IMG/VR virus record: IMGVR_UViG_3300026154_000024
DNA: 64,000 bases
Source of the DNA: an uncultured virus (IMG/VR IMGVR_UViG_3300026154_000024)
Taxonomy: Duplodnaviria; Heunggongvirae; Uroviricota; Caudoviricetes
Reading direction: 5' to 3' (one strand)
In this document: positions 50,710 to 59,941 of the stretch, one piece after another
Layout of the letters: the number at the start of each line of letters is the position of its first letter
How positions within the stretch are numbered: the stretch's first letter is position 1
The notes under the pieces: generated by a model
Seen by the model: only the letters and a program-made list of their open reading frames with translations
Told to the model about the DNA's origin: nothing
The model's database searches: none
Translations under genes and position numbers: made by a program

Positions 50710-52836
50710 TCAAAACGGGGCTGCATCGTCCGACGGCGCACCAAACGGCATATCGTTGTTTGCATCGTCGTTACGGTAGTTCCAATCGGCATTATATGGC
50801 GGCTTTGGCGGTTCATCAAACGTCATGGTGCTTTGCGTAGGTTCTATTTCCCATCCATATTGCACGTTTTCGTTTACATCGTTCTTAAAACGGCGGCTTT
50901 CGATTTCATATTGCATACCTACCATCAAATCGACGATACCATACATGCGGTTCTTTGCCACCTCGATGACATTGCCGAAACCTTGGAAACGTTGTATTTC
51001 GCCTTTACCGAAAAATTCCGCACCAGCCCTAAAGAAGTCATTATTGACACGGTGGCAAATGAATATGTTATCCACAGCGTTCATCAAGTCACCACTACCG
51101 CTAATATCGTTCTTTCTAAGGAATGACATTGTTTTTCTTGGATGGGCAACCAATATGATATGCGCTTGGTTTTTCTTTGCAAAGTCTTTTATCTGCAAAA
51201 TCAACTCTTTTTGCTTGTTGTTTTTATCTCCCTCTAACAAGTCAATGTTAAGCGAGAAAAGATTATCCAACATGAAGATGCGACAACCAACTTTTAATAG
51301 TTCGTTCATGTCATGGAATATTTCTTGCCATGTATTGCCGTATTCATTATTGAACAAAAAGAATTTTCCGTCAATCCATTTGTCAATACGTTCTGCCGTT
51401 GCGTTGGGAACATAATATTTTCCGTCACCATAGTTTGATTGACGCAAATTATCCTTTCCTGCCGCAACCATTTGCACCCATGCTTTTAATATGTCAGGGC
51501 GCAATTCGCCAGACCACAAAGCGCATTTCCACCCTTGTTGAATAATGTTAAGCAATAGTGTATTTAGCCAAGACGATTTACCAGAACTGTTAGAACCACT
51601 AAGCAACGTCACCTCCGACATATTAAGGCCGATAATGCTTCTATCTAATTCGACAAATCCAGTCTTAACACATTCTATTTGCGACAAATCAATCTTTTGT
51701 ATATCGGACATACACAACCATTTCTTACCCAACTCTGGCAATTCCTCTTTTATGTTATATTTCGTTTGTGGTTGATATTGTCTTTGTTGATACGGTTGCA
51801 TATATTGTGGCGCATATTGCTGCCTTGGGGCATTTTCGTTATCGTATGCGTGTGGGTCGAAATGCAAGCGGAAAGCCCGCCAATCATATTGACTACAACT
51901 ATTATGATAGCACTTAAAAGCGATAGCACCATTAGGTAATTCAAACAAAGCAGAATCGGGGGCTTTATGTCCTTCATCAAACGGGCATTGCGCGAGAACA
52001 AACTTTTTACCACCACCACTTATAGGAACTTCTTTTGCGACTTGTATTCCGTACTTTTGAATAAACTCTCGCAAATTAAATTCCTCGTGATTTCCGTTGT
52101 TATTAAAGCGTCTTATTGGTTGTTCAACCTTAATTTTGTACTTTTCGTTGAAAGCCAAAATTTGTTCGATTTCCATTCGCGCAATTTCCTTCGGAACGGA
52201 TAGAATCTTTGCTAAACGGTGTGGGCGTTCATCGGTTGAGCGTCCTTTGCGTCCAAACGTGCCTGAAAGTCTTAGTATTCGGTTTGCGTCATGTAATACG
52301 GTATCAATCTTTACGCTCTCATCCGTAAAGTTGTTAGCAAGAATTTCAAGAAAAGTCTTTATGCAATCTTCGCTTTCTTGCGTATTATCCATATCAATAG
52401 GGTAAAGCAAATGATAGCCACTTGACGAATCGCATACGATTGGCGTGCTAAATCCATTGTCGCGCAAGAACATGAAAACGTCTTGTGCTTTCTTGTGCGC
52501 ATTTTCCTTTTCAGTATTGGTAGAACTTACACCACTTGGGCGTTCACAATCCACGTCAATAGGTAGCCACCAACGATGTTCAATATCTTGCTTGCTTGTG
52601 GCAGTACCTTTCACTTGCTTAAAGCAATTGAATTGTTCTCGGCTTGCACACGCTTTCTTTACTTCATTGATAGAGTAGTATATATTGGCATTATCGAACG
52701 GTTCAAGTGCCTTTATTGCGGTTTCTACGTCATAGAAATAACCGCTCCAAGTTCTATCACCCAATATGCGTATTTCAAACAATTCATCCTTACGTTTGAA
52801 AGTGTTATGCCATTTTCTTATTTCGTTAGCGTCCAT
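50710..52836 (-). CDS. primase-helicase (AEP-like primase + zinc finger + SF4 helicase)
   Basis: IDVD, SSSGYHL, RILRLSGT; CPF..H..C.H.SC; SGSNSSGKS, MLDNL, LVAHPRK, ISGSGD. Confidence 0.88.
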   Translation of the reverse strand: MDANEIRKWHNTFKRKDELFEIRILGDRTWSGYFYDVETAIKALEPFDNANIYYSINEVKKACASREQFNCFKQVKGTATSKQDIEHRWWLPIDVDCERPSGVSSTNTEKENAHKKAQDVFMFLRDNGFSTPIVCDSSSGYHLLYPIDMDNTQESEDCIKTFLEILANNFTDESVKIDTVLHDANRILRLSGTFGRKGRSTDERPHRLAKILSVPKEIARMEIEQILAFNEKYKIKVEQPIRRFNNNGNHEEFNLREFIQKYGIQVAKEVPISGGGKKFVLAQCPFDEGHKAPDSALFELPNGAIAFKCYHNSCSQYDWRAFRLHFDPHAYDNENAPRQQYAPQYMQPYQQRQYQPQTKYNIKEELPELGKKWLCMSDIQKIDLSQIECVKTGFVELDRSIIGLNMSEVTLLSGSNSSGKSSWLNTLLLNIIQQGWKCALWSGELRPDILKAWVQMVAAGKDNLRQSNYGDGKYYVPNATAERIDKWIDGKFFLFNNEYGNTWQEIFHDMNELLKVGCRIFMLDNLFSLNIDLLEGDKNNKQKELILQIKDFAKKNQAHIILVAHPRKTMSFLRKNDISGSGDLMNAVDNIFICHRVNNDFFRAGAEFFGKGEIQRFQGFGNVIEVAKNRMYGIVDLMVGMQYEIESRRFKNDVNENVQYGWEIEPTQSTMTFDEPPKPPYNADWNYRNDDANNDMPFGAPSDDAAPF

Positions 52837-52843
52837 AAATAAA

Positions 52844-53452
52844 TTATCTTATATATTCAAACGTAAATCCATCTTTATTCGTCACTTTTCCTTTTAAGTA
52901 TTTATTGACTACGCCTTGAGTGTAACCAAGGTATCGTTCAGCATCCCGTTGGCTTGAAAATTTCTTAAAAAATATTCCGTTTTTATAAACGTTTATTGGT
53001 GTTGCATTTATTTTTTTAATGTTATCTATTTTCAATTGCATTAAAACAGGGTTGGTTCTTAAAGACATTTGTATTCCTTTACTTATATTTTTTCGTGCAA
53101 GTGGAAAGTTTGAATTTTCCTTGTTAGTACACCATCTTAGATTTTCAACACGATTGTCCGCACGCACACCGTTAATGTGGTCAATTGCATTTTTGCCATT
53201 TACCCTTTCTATAAAAGTTTCGGCTACGATTCGATGTACTAATACTGTCGCACCTTTGCCTTCCTTTTTGTTACAAAAATGCGTTGTTAAATATCCGTCT
53301 TTATTTTGATGTAACCTTTTAATATTCCCTCTTACAATTCGCAACGCACCTCTATTTGTGCGAACATATCTATCAATAGAACGAACATTACCAAGGTTGC
53401 TTACTTGATAGCAACCCTCCCAACCTTTTGCGTCTTTCCAAATTTCATTCAT
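52844..53452 (-). CDS. NUMOD4-HNH homing endonuclease (no RNA leader)
   Basis: EIWKD..GWEGCYQVSNLGNVRS; VHRIVAETF; IDHING.RADNRVENLRW. Confidence 0.9.
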   Translation of the reverse strand: MNEIWKDAKGWEGCYQVSNLGNVRSIDRYVRTNRGALRIVRGNIKRLHQNKDGYLTTHFCNKKEGKGATVLVHRIVAETFIERVNGKNAIDHINGVRADNRVENLRWCTNKENSNFPLARKNISKGIQMSLRTNPVLMQLKIDNIKKINATPINVYKNGIFFKKFSSQRDAERYLGYTQGVVNKYLKGKVTNKDGFTFEYIR

Positions 53453-54080
53453 TTGTTTTCCTCCATTCTTTTGTTTCTGCATCCCACGATATAACACCCC
53501 TACCATTGTTAAGCGTTACACTTGCACCGTCGGGGCGCGTGTCATCGTCGTAGCCGTCGGGAATGTGCTTGCCATCCCAATAGCCGACATACATATAGCA
53601 ATTATAGTATTCGTTCCAAGAAAGCGCACCATCACACATAGGTATGTAAACATTACTTTGTACCTCGCCGCGCCCAAGTTTCGACGGGTCATAAACGACA
53701 TTGTTGTTTCCGAATACGACGGTCATAAATATCTTATCGCGCAAATAACGTTCAAAGTCCTTTTGATATAGCAATTCACGGGTAGATACATACGCCTTGA
53801 TATGCGGCATCACATTTTGTTTCTCGACATCTGTAAGTTTCTTCCAATATTCCAAGGATTTCTTCTTGCTACCCTTGCGATTGTATGCTACCCAACATTC
53901 CTCGAACAGTTCCTTTCGCGGAGCGTCGGTACGAAGGAAATCCACTATTTCTACCATGACATCATACGGCACTGGGTCTGTGAAACAAATATCTTTTTCA
54001 CCAACCTCAACAAAACGAATATCATGCTTTTTGAGCAACTTTTCGATTTGTTCCCTTTGTTCAATAACTTTCAATTGCAT
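53445..54080 (-). CDS. replication-initiator C-terminal-like protein
   Basis: FEECWVAYNRKGSKKKS...WKKL..YQKDFERYL; upstream of primase-helicase. Confidence 0.55.
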   Translation of the reverse strand: MQLKVIEQREQIEKLLKKHDIRFVEVGEKDICFTDPVPYDVMVEIVDFLRTDAPRKELFEECWVAYNRKGSKKKSLEYWKKLTDVEKQNVMPHIKAYVSTRELLYQKDFERYLRDKIFMTVVFGNNNVVYDPSKLGRGEVQSNVYIPMCDGALSWNEYYNCYMYVGYWDGKHIPDGYDDDTRPDGASVTLNNGRGVISWDAETKEWRKTNE

Positions 54081-54100
54081 AATCTTTGTTGTTTAATATG

Positions 54101-55015
54101 TTAGAACAAACTTAATTGTATTGGTTCTTTCTTTTCTTTTAACTGCTCATTATCTGGCTTACGCCAATCTTCACGAATAATCTTAGGTACTGCATTTTCC
54201 CAAGAAACGCTGTGGTGCATACGCTTATGAAACTGCCCCATTTCACCTACCTTAACGCAAGACGGATTTGTAAGTACACTAAAGAACGATTTTACGTATG
54301 TACCATTTTCTTGATACATTTCAGTAAGTCCTCCTCCAGCCTTTTGTGTTACAGTTTGACGTAACGAACAGTCTGCCACGGTCATAAACAATGTTCCACG
54401 ACTCCCTTCTAATAAGTACGTATTTACATCATCGTTCATTCGGCCTATAAAGTGAAATGGTCTGTCAGTCTTGCAAAAAAACGCATTCATTATCTTCCTA
54501 TGCACACGCTCGCGATACATCGTACTTCCAAGACCTCCAATAAAGTCTCCATTTTGAGCAAATGCAACACATGTCGCACCTGATGTTTCCAAGAACTCCA
54601 ACATTTCATTTATTATTGCGTTCATCTTCTTTACATACACTTGCGACAAAGTACCATTCTTTTCAATTCGTGAAGAAAAAGCATCATAGTCATCATCAAG
54701 TTCAAGAAAATAGGTAAGGCCAAGTTCTTTTGCTATTTCAAAACAAGATTCACGTGCATATAAAACTGCATTTCTTTTACGTGGTATATCGCACGTTTCG
54801 CATTCCAAAGACTTCTTCAACTTGTCAAACACAACAATATGTTCTTCACCAAACACAGTCTTGTATTCCTCTTGTTGGTCATCTTCGTTGTCAATAATGA
54901 TATAATACTTTCCAGTATAACCACAATCCAAAAGTTCTTTCACAGTCTTTACCCCATGAGCCCTACCATGAGACAAAATAAGACAAGCAAAGTCATCTCT
55001 TATTTCGTTATTCAT
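54101..55015 (-). CDS. TET-associated (TAGT)/GREB1-like GT-A glycosyltransferase
   Basis: ILSHGRA, YFLELDDDY, GRMNDDVNTY, Q..GGGLTEMY, R.HH...W. Confidence 0.8.
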   Translation of the reverse strand: MNNEIRDDFACLILSHGRAHGVKTVKELLDCGYTGKYYIIIDNEDDQQEEYKTVFGEEHIVVFDKLKKSLECETCDIPRKRNAVLYARESCFEIAKELGLTYFLELDDDYDAFSSRIEKNGTLSQVYVKKMNAIINEMLEFLETSGATCVAFAQNGDFIGGLGSTMYRERVHRKIMNAFFCKTDRPFHFIGRMNDDVNTYLLEGSRGTLFMTVADCSLRQTVTQKAGGGLTEMYQENGTYVKSFFSVLTNPSCVKVGEMGQFHKRMHHSVSWENAVPKIIREDWRKPDNEQLKEKKEPIQLSLF

Positions 55016-55707
55016 AATCTTATGTTTTTTAATTCTTCTTTTGTGTTAAATGACTTTATAGCAATATCTTCAAATGGTAAAAGTGCAACTTCAATATTAG
55101 TTTCGTTCACCACATCAAGGAATTGCATTTCATTGTTATGCTTGTGAGTATATTCGTAAGTATTTGTGTCGAATGTCTTTGTGTGAAATTCGTTCAAATA
55201 ATAACGAATATATCTTAAATACCCAAAGAAAACACCAAAGTCGTGAAATCCATCTCCTTTAACCTCTCCATACTTTTTGAACTCAACTTTTACGCTGTTG
55301 TCGTTTTTAACGAGCCTTACGTATGGGTCGTGCTCAAAAGCACATGGTATTACAAGATATCTGCAATGTTCAAACTTGCTTTTTGTTTCTTTCAAAACTT
55401 CATCACAAAGCACACAATCGCCCCAAGCAATAAATACGTGGTCTGAATAGTTTGACGGTATTTGACTTAATGCTTGTAATACGGCATTGCCACAACCATA
55501 CCCACTTTTTATTGTAATGGTTTCGTAGTGTTCAAACCAATCCTTGTTTTGCTGAGAACAAACTACATAAACCTCATCACAATACATTGATAGGCATGCG
55601 ATGTTGTAATCAAGCAAACATACATCTCCAATCATCGACAATGCTTTGGGTCTTTCATCGTCAAAGCGTGTTTCTTTTCCTGCGCTAAAAATCAAGCCTG
55701 TTGTCAT
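55012..55707 (-). CDS. NTP-transferase (sugar/alcohol-phosphate nucleotidyltransferase)
   Basis: LIFSAGKETRF...PKAL, IAWGDC, SFNTKEEL. Confidence 0.85.
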   Translation of the reverse strand: MTTGLIFSAGKETRFDDERPKALSMIGDVCLLDYNIACLSMYCDEVYVVCSQQNKDWFEHYETITIKSGYGCGNAVLQALSQIPSNYSDHVFIAWGDCVLCDEVLKETKSKFEHCRYLVIPCAFEHDPYVRLVKNDNSVKVEFKKYGEVKGDGFHDFGVFFGYLRYIRYYLNEFHTKTFDTNTYEYTHKHNNEMQFLDVVNETNIEVALLPFEDIAIKSFNTKEELKNIRL

Positions 55708-55708
55708 G

Positions 55709-57382
55709 TTACAATACTTTTAGAATTATATTCGTTTCAATAACGTTTGCTACACGTATGTATTTGGCACAAGCATGGGCAATTTCGTAATCATTGCCAT
55801 AATCTTCTGTTTCGTCACCTATATAAAGGCAATCTTTTGGGTTTATATGATAAGCCTTAAAAATGTTTGCCTTGCTATTATTGCTTGCTACAATGTCAAT
55901 CGTTGTACGGCCAGCAGAAATGGCTTTCAATCCTTTTATTCCATAAGCCTTAAACATATATACATTAAGATATTGTAGCAACATACGACGTTCCAAAGCG
56001 GTAAATGGTTTCATTTTGTAACAAGACATAAAATCTTCGTTATTAGGTTTGCCATCAATGCCAAAACTATTATATAGACTTTTTTCGACAAATGATATTG
56101 CTTTCTTGTTTATCAAGTGTTTGCGAATAACAAATTTCTTATTCCCATCAACATATAACACAGAAGACGCATCTGCCCAAACATTGTTATGTATATTATA
56201 ACAACTATCCAATATTGGCTTGATTGCTGTTTTATAGTCATTGCCAGAAACAATTTGTATGTTCGGCCTTTGTGATATTGCTCTTATATTTTCATAAGAT
56301 ATTCTCACATTGTCTTTTGAATATATAGTGTTATCAAAATCCATCAACACGTGCTTATATGGCATTGTCCTCAAATGAAAGAACTCTTTGAATATTGCTT
56401 TAGCCAACAATAGAGGTTCGTGTTTCCCCTTGTTGTTTCCCATTGGATAATATGCCACGTCATATTTTGTGGACTGTTGGCATAGAATTGGGTCTGCATC
56501 CACGTTTTCTAAAACCACGAACTTTGACATATCAAGACCAAGATTAGACACGATGCTTATAAAATGATTGCTACCTATCCCTCTTGCATCTTTATCTTGT
56601 GTGCTATTCATTACCCAAATCTTAAAGGCTTTTGATTTGTTGATTGCGCGATAAAGACCACCGTATTCCAAAGTTGGATATATTGAACTCCAAAACGTAC
56701 CACAAGATATTATTATCATGTCAGCATCTTGCAATTCTTCAACTACAATAGGATTTATTGTGATAGGAGCATCCGAGTTATACAACAAACTTTCAATCCT
56801 ATCTTCATCGTTATCAAAACCGACAATGCTTGATTCGTCAACGAGAATAGAATTGTGGGTTTTTGCGCTCAGTTTTACGTTTTCAAACGAATTAAGGAGC
56901 ACGTTGTTCGGAATATCGAACTTTGTGCATATTATTTCATTGGTTGCCTCGTACCCCAACTCTTTATACATGGAAGAATACACAATATTAGCAATGGGAA
57001 AATCTTCAAATACTTTTTCTTTTGCACTTGGTGTTTCAAAGAAAGTCTTTGCCCATATATCAAAACACGACAATCCCCATTCATGCAATTTAGATACAAC
57101 AAACTCGTATTCCTCGCCTTTTGGTAAGTCAAAACGTTCATCAAAAAACGAAACGATATTGCCATTCAAACTTGCATTGTGAAATATCTTGTAGATGCGA
57201 GCATGATTTTTGCGTATATCGCTTACTCCTAATGTGTTGGTCAACGTGCGACAAAGACCTGTTGATTTTCCATCATCATAAGCATTAACGACAACCTTCA
57301 AGTCGATAGTTGGATAAAGGCCATATATACCCTTCAATAAGGCGTCATTGCCAGACCCTCCACTTAATATGATTGCTTTCAT
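55709..57382 (-). CDS. CofD/YvcK-like transferase fused to Cof-type HAD phosphatase/phosphomutase
   Basis: ILSGGSG, VVNAYDDGKSTG, GVSDIRK, ADMIIISCGTFWSSIYP; HAD VLMDFDNT, IVSG, GRTTIDI...SK, YIGDE...GNDYEI. Confidence 0.85.
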   Translation of the reverse strand: MKAIILSGGSGNDALLKGIYGLYPTIDLKVVVNAYDDGKSTGLCRTLTNTLGVSDIRKNHARIYKIFHNASLNGNIVSFFDERFDLPKGEEYEFVVSKLHEWGLSCFDIWAKTFFETPSAKEKVFEDFPIANIVYSSMYKELGYEATNEIICTKFDIPNNVLLNSFENVKLSAKTHNSILVDESSIVGFDNDEDRIESLLYNSDAPITINPIVVEELQDADMIIISCGTFWSSIYPTLEYGGLYRAINKSKAFKIWVMNSTQDKDARGIGSNHFISIVSNLGLDMSKFVVLENVDADPILCQQSTKYDVAYYPMGNNKGKHEPLLLAKAIFKEFFHLRTMPYKHVLMDFDNTIYSKDNVRISYENIRAISQRPNIQIVSGNDYKTAIKPILDSCYNIHNNVWADASSVLYVDGNKKFVIRKHLINKKAISFVEKSLYNSFGIDGKPNNEDFMSCYKMKPFTALERRMLLQYLNVYMFKAYGIKGLKAISAGRTTIDIVASNNSKANIFKAYHINPKDCLYIGDETEDYGNDYEIAHACAKYIRVANVIETNIILKVL

Positions 57383-57384
57383 AA

Positions 57385-57843
57385 TTACTCCTCCTGCTTG
57401 TTTTCGTTATTCTTTGTATTGCGCCATTGATTTGAGTATTCGTCAGACGCCCAACGGCCTGTTGTACGTTGTATTTGTTCAATGTTTTGCGACAACTTAA
57501 CGTAACCATACTCAATAGCCTTATTGAAATCTATAATCACAAGAGCACTTTTTTCCATAAGACGTTGCATTTCCTTGCTTGCATGGGCATAGTAATCTGC
57601 AATTTTGGAATATCTAAAAACAATATGACGTGATGCCGCAAGTTTCAAAAAGTTCTTTTCTTGCTCGCTTACATCAGATGCTTCAATTTGTCTCATCAAA
57701 GCATTATACTTTGTCTTGTCATAAAGTTCACCAACGAAAGGACACTTTTCGCTTGGGGTGTATATTGGAGCACCCACCTTGTCTGTATAACGTTCATCTT
57801 TTTCTATTTGAACGTCATCAAAAACAAATAAATCTTGTTGCAT
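57385..57843 (-). CDS. conserved phage protein of the type usually adjacent to TAGT glycosyltransferases
   Basis: YT.K...PIY.P, FLKLAASRHIVF.YSKIADYYAHA, SALVIIDFNKAIE.GYV. Confidence 0.65.
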   Translation of the reverse strand: MQQDLFVFDDVQIEKDERYTDKVGAPIYTPSEKCPFVGELYDKTKYNALMRQIEASDVSEQEKNFLKLAASRHIVFRYSKIADYYAHASKEMQRLMEKSALVIIDFNKAIEYGYVKLSQNIEQIQRTTGRWASDEYSNQWRNTKNNENKQEE

Positions 57844-57848
57844 ATAAA

Positions 57849-58187
57849 TTACTTTATTTTTCTTTCCTGTTTATCTTTCAAAAGCAACGCATCAAGTTTG
57901 AGATAAGTACCAAGACGGGGCAAGTGGCGTATTCGGGAAAAGTCATCGTCATCGACACTTTGCCGATACGACTTGCCCAACATCTTCGGTATATCGGTTC
58001 TCGTGACACGTTCATCATTACAAAGCCTTGACAACATTTCAACCTCCTTTTCGTTGCCTCGCACTCGTGCCGACGGTTAGCCTTAATGGTTTCATCCACC
58101 CAAGGCAAAAGGCCGTGCTTTTTCTGCCATGTAGCGCAAGCGTGAAAGATATTCACGGCAAAGGGATTGTAATACGTCTTTAGCCAT
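57849..58187 (-). pseudogene. hypothetical protein split by two compensating 1-nt indels
   Basis: MAKDVLQSLCREYLSRLRYMAEK / HGLLPWVDETIKANRRHECEA / EKEVEMLSRL... Confidence 0.5.
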
Positions 58188-58196
58188 AGTAACACG

Positions 58197-58577
58197 TTAG
58201 AATGGTAGATTATCAGACCCGTCGCCGTCACCGCCGTTATTTTCGGGCAAAGGGTTTTGAGCGGTCTGTGTAGCGGCTTGTTGCGTTTGTTCTTGCGTAC
58301 CATCCAACCGTTGCGTTCTCCACGCTTGACATTCCGTGAACCATTTGCCTTGCCATTCGCGGCTTTCCACGTCAAATGAAACGTTGTAAGTACCGCCCAT
58401 GACGATGCCCATCTGCTTGAACTTATCCTCGCCCATTACTTTCATGGCCACTTTCTTAGGATATTGACCTTGAGTCTCGATGACAAACACTGTAGTCACA
58501 TATTCGTTTCCGTTCTTTTGAGAAACAAATCTTTGTGGCTCTAAAATTGCAATTACTTTACCTGTAATATCACTCAT
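58197..58577 (-). CDS. DUF3127 SSB-like protein
   Basis: ITGKVIAIL, QYPKKVA, VSFDVESREWQGKWFT..AWR, DNLPF. Confidence 0.85.
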   Translation of the reverse strand: MSDITGKVIAILEPQRFVSQKNGNEYVTTVFVIETQGQYPKKVAMKVMGEDKFKQMGIVMGGTYNVSFDVESREWQGKWFTECQAWRTQRLDGTQEQTQQAATQTAQNPLPENNGGDGDGSDNLPF

Positions 58578-58581
58578 AATT

Positions 58582-59196
58582 TTAATTATTTTGTTTATTA
58601 AACATAAATTCTTCTTTATAAAACCCACAAAAACCGTAACTTTTCCACTTTTTACCTCTTTCTTTGTTTTTTCGCATTATTGAACGGATTGTTTCTGGAC
58701 GAACACCAATAGCCCTTGCGCCATCTGCAATAGATTTGTATTCAGCAACAATGTTCATTTTTTCATCGAGACATAAAACTTCTTTTTCTGCACAAAAACG
58801 TCCTCTTTTTTTCATTGTTCTCAAGAACCTTTCGGTTGAATGGTTTTGTTTACAAGTTTTACGATAACGCTCAAGTCTTGTTCCATAATTTGTATTATAA
58901 CTATACGTACACCATTCCAAATTGTTTACACAATTATTTAATGGGTTTTCGTCCTTGTGATTAATTATCGGTAAATTTTTAGTGTTTGACACAAATGCCT
59001 CTGCAACCAGACGGTGTATTTGAAAGGATTTTTGCTTTCCATTCTTGACCAAATTAATGTGTAAGTAACCTTTTCCAAATTTTGTTGGTTTAAGTTGTTT
59101 AAATGAGCCGTCCGACCTTTTTATTCGCACATCGCCATAATTGCTTATTTGATAATTTTTATCAAACCCATCTATGTCTTTCCAAATTTCTTCCAT
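58582..59196 (-). CDS. NUMOD4-HNH homing endonuclease with NUMOD1-like C-term
   Basis: EIWKDI.GF..NYQISNYG; IHRLVAEAF; INHKDENPLNN.VNNLEW. Confidence 0.9.
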   Translation of the reverse strand: MEEIWKDIDGFDKNYQISNYGDVRIKRSDGSFKQLKPTKFGKGYLHINLVKNGKQKSFQIHRLVAEAFVSNTKNLPIINHKDENPLNNCVNNLEWCTYSYNTNYGTRLERYRKTCKQNHSTERFLRTMKKRGRFCAEKEVLCLDEKMNIVAEYKSIADGARAIGVRPETIRSIMRKNKERGKKWKSYGFCGFYKEEFMFNKQNN

Positions 59197-59292
59197 TTTC
59201 TTTCCAACTATTAAACGACTCCAACAAATTACAAAGTAGGAAGGGCTGTTGGATTGCCCTTGTCAATGGCTCATGACTTCCATCTATCCTAC
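59197..59292 (-). ncRNA. structured endonuclease-leader RNA, copy 4
   Basis: minus strand GTAGGA-TAG-ATGG/CCAT-TGAC-AAGGGC(AATCCAACA)GCCCTT-CCTAC; loop pairs with TGTTGGA (59220-59226) and GTTGGA (59203-59208). Confidence 0.8.
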
Positions 59293-59643
59293 GATGCAAA
59301 GTTACTTATTCTTTTTCATATTTCAAAATATTTGTTGTTATATATTGTTAAAACGGTAATCTACCGAAACTTACCAACGGCCAACGGAAATGTTTGTTGA
59401 TGTGTACCCATAGACACCCGAAAAGTAGATATGTGTACCACGATTGGCCGTTAAATCCGCCAAAACCGCATTTTCTTAGCACCTTTGCCATACATTTCAA
59501 GTTTTTTCTTGTTACGCTTTTGATTTGCCTTGTAACGCCGTGTTTGTTCACATGGCTTGGAAGGCCAAAGACATGTGCAATATCCGTTTGCATCGGGCTT
59601 GCGCCGCCAAAACTTACAATCCGAACATGGCATAGTGCCATAA

Positions 59644-59826
59644 TTATAATATTGCCATCCAAGCATTATATACGTTCTCAAACTCGCTTTCATTCACCGA
59701 CCAAACGGCATTCTCGAAATAAACGAGAAATTTTCCGCTTTTAGGGCGCGATACCGCAACGACGCGACGCAAATCAACCGTCGTTTTGATACCCATGTAA
59801 TCAAATTCAATCTTATACTTTTTCAT
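59644..59826 (-). CDS. small hypothetical protein
   Basis: 60-aa ORF; further small Cys-rich ORFs follow to 59348. Confidence 0.55.
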   Translation of the reverse strand: MKKYKIEFDYMGIKTTVDLRRVVAVSRPKSGKFLVYFENAVWSVNESEFENVYNAWMAIL

Positions 59827-59941
59827 GTCTATATAGTTTTATTTGTTCTGGCGCTTTCTGAACCGCCTACAAGCCCAATCCGTAGCAAAGTAGTATAATG
59901 ACACCACAGGAATATAGAAAGCGGCCAGACGTGTCTTAAAA

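Noticed and set aside
55709..57382. F420 biosynthesis auxiliary gene
   Set aside because: No Fo synthase or CofE; glycosyltransferase and HAD context points to sugar-phosphate chemistry.
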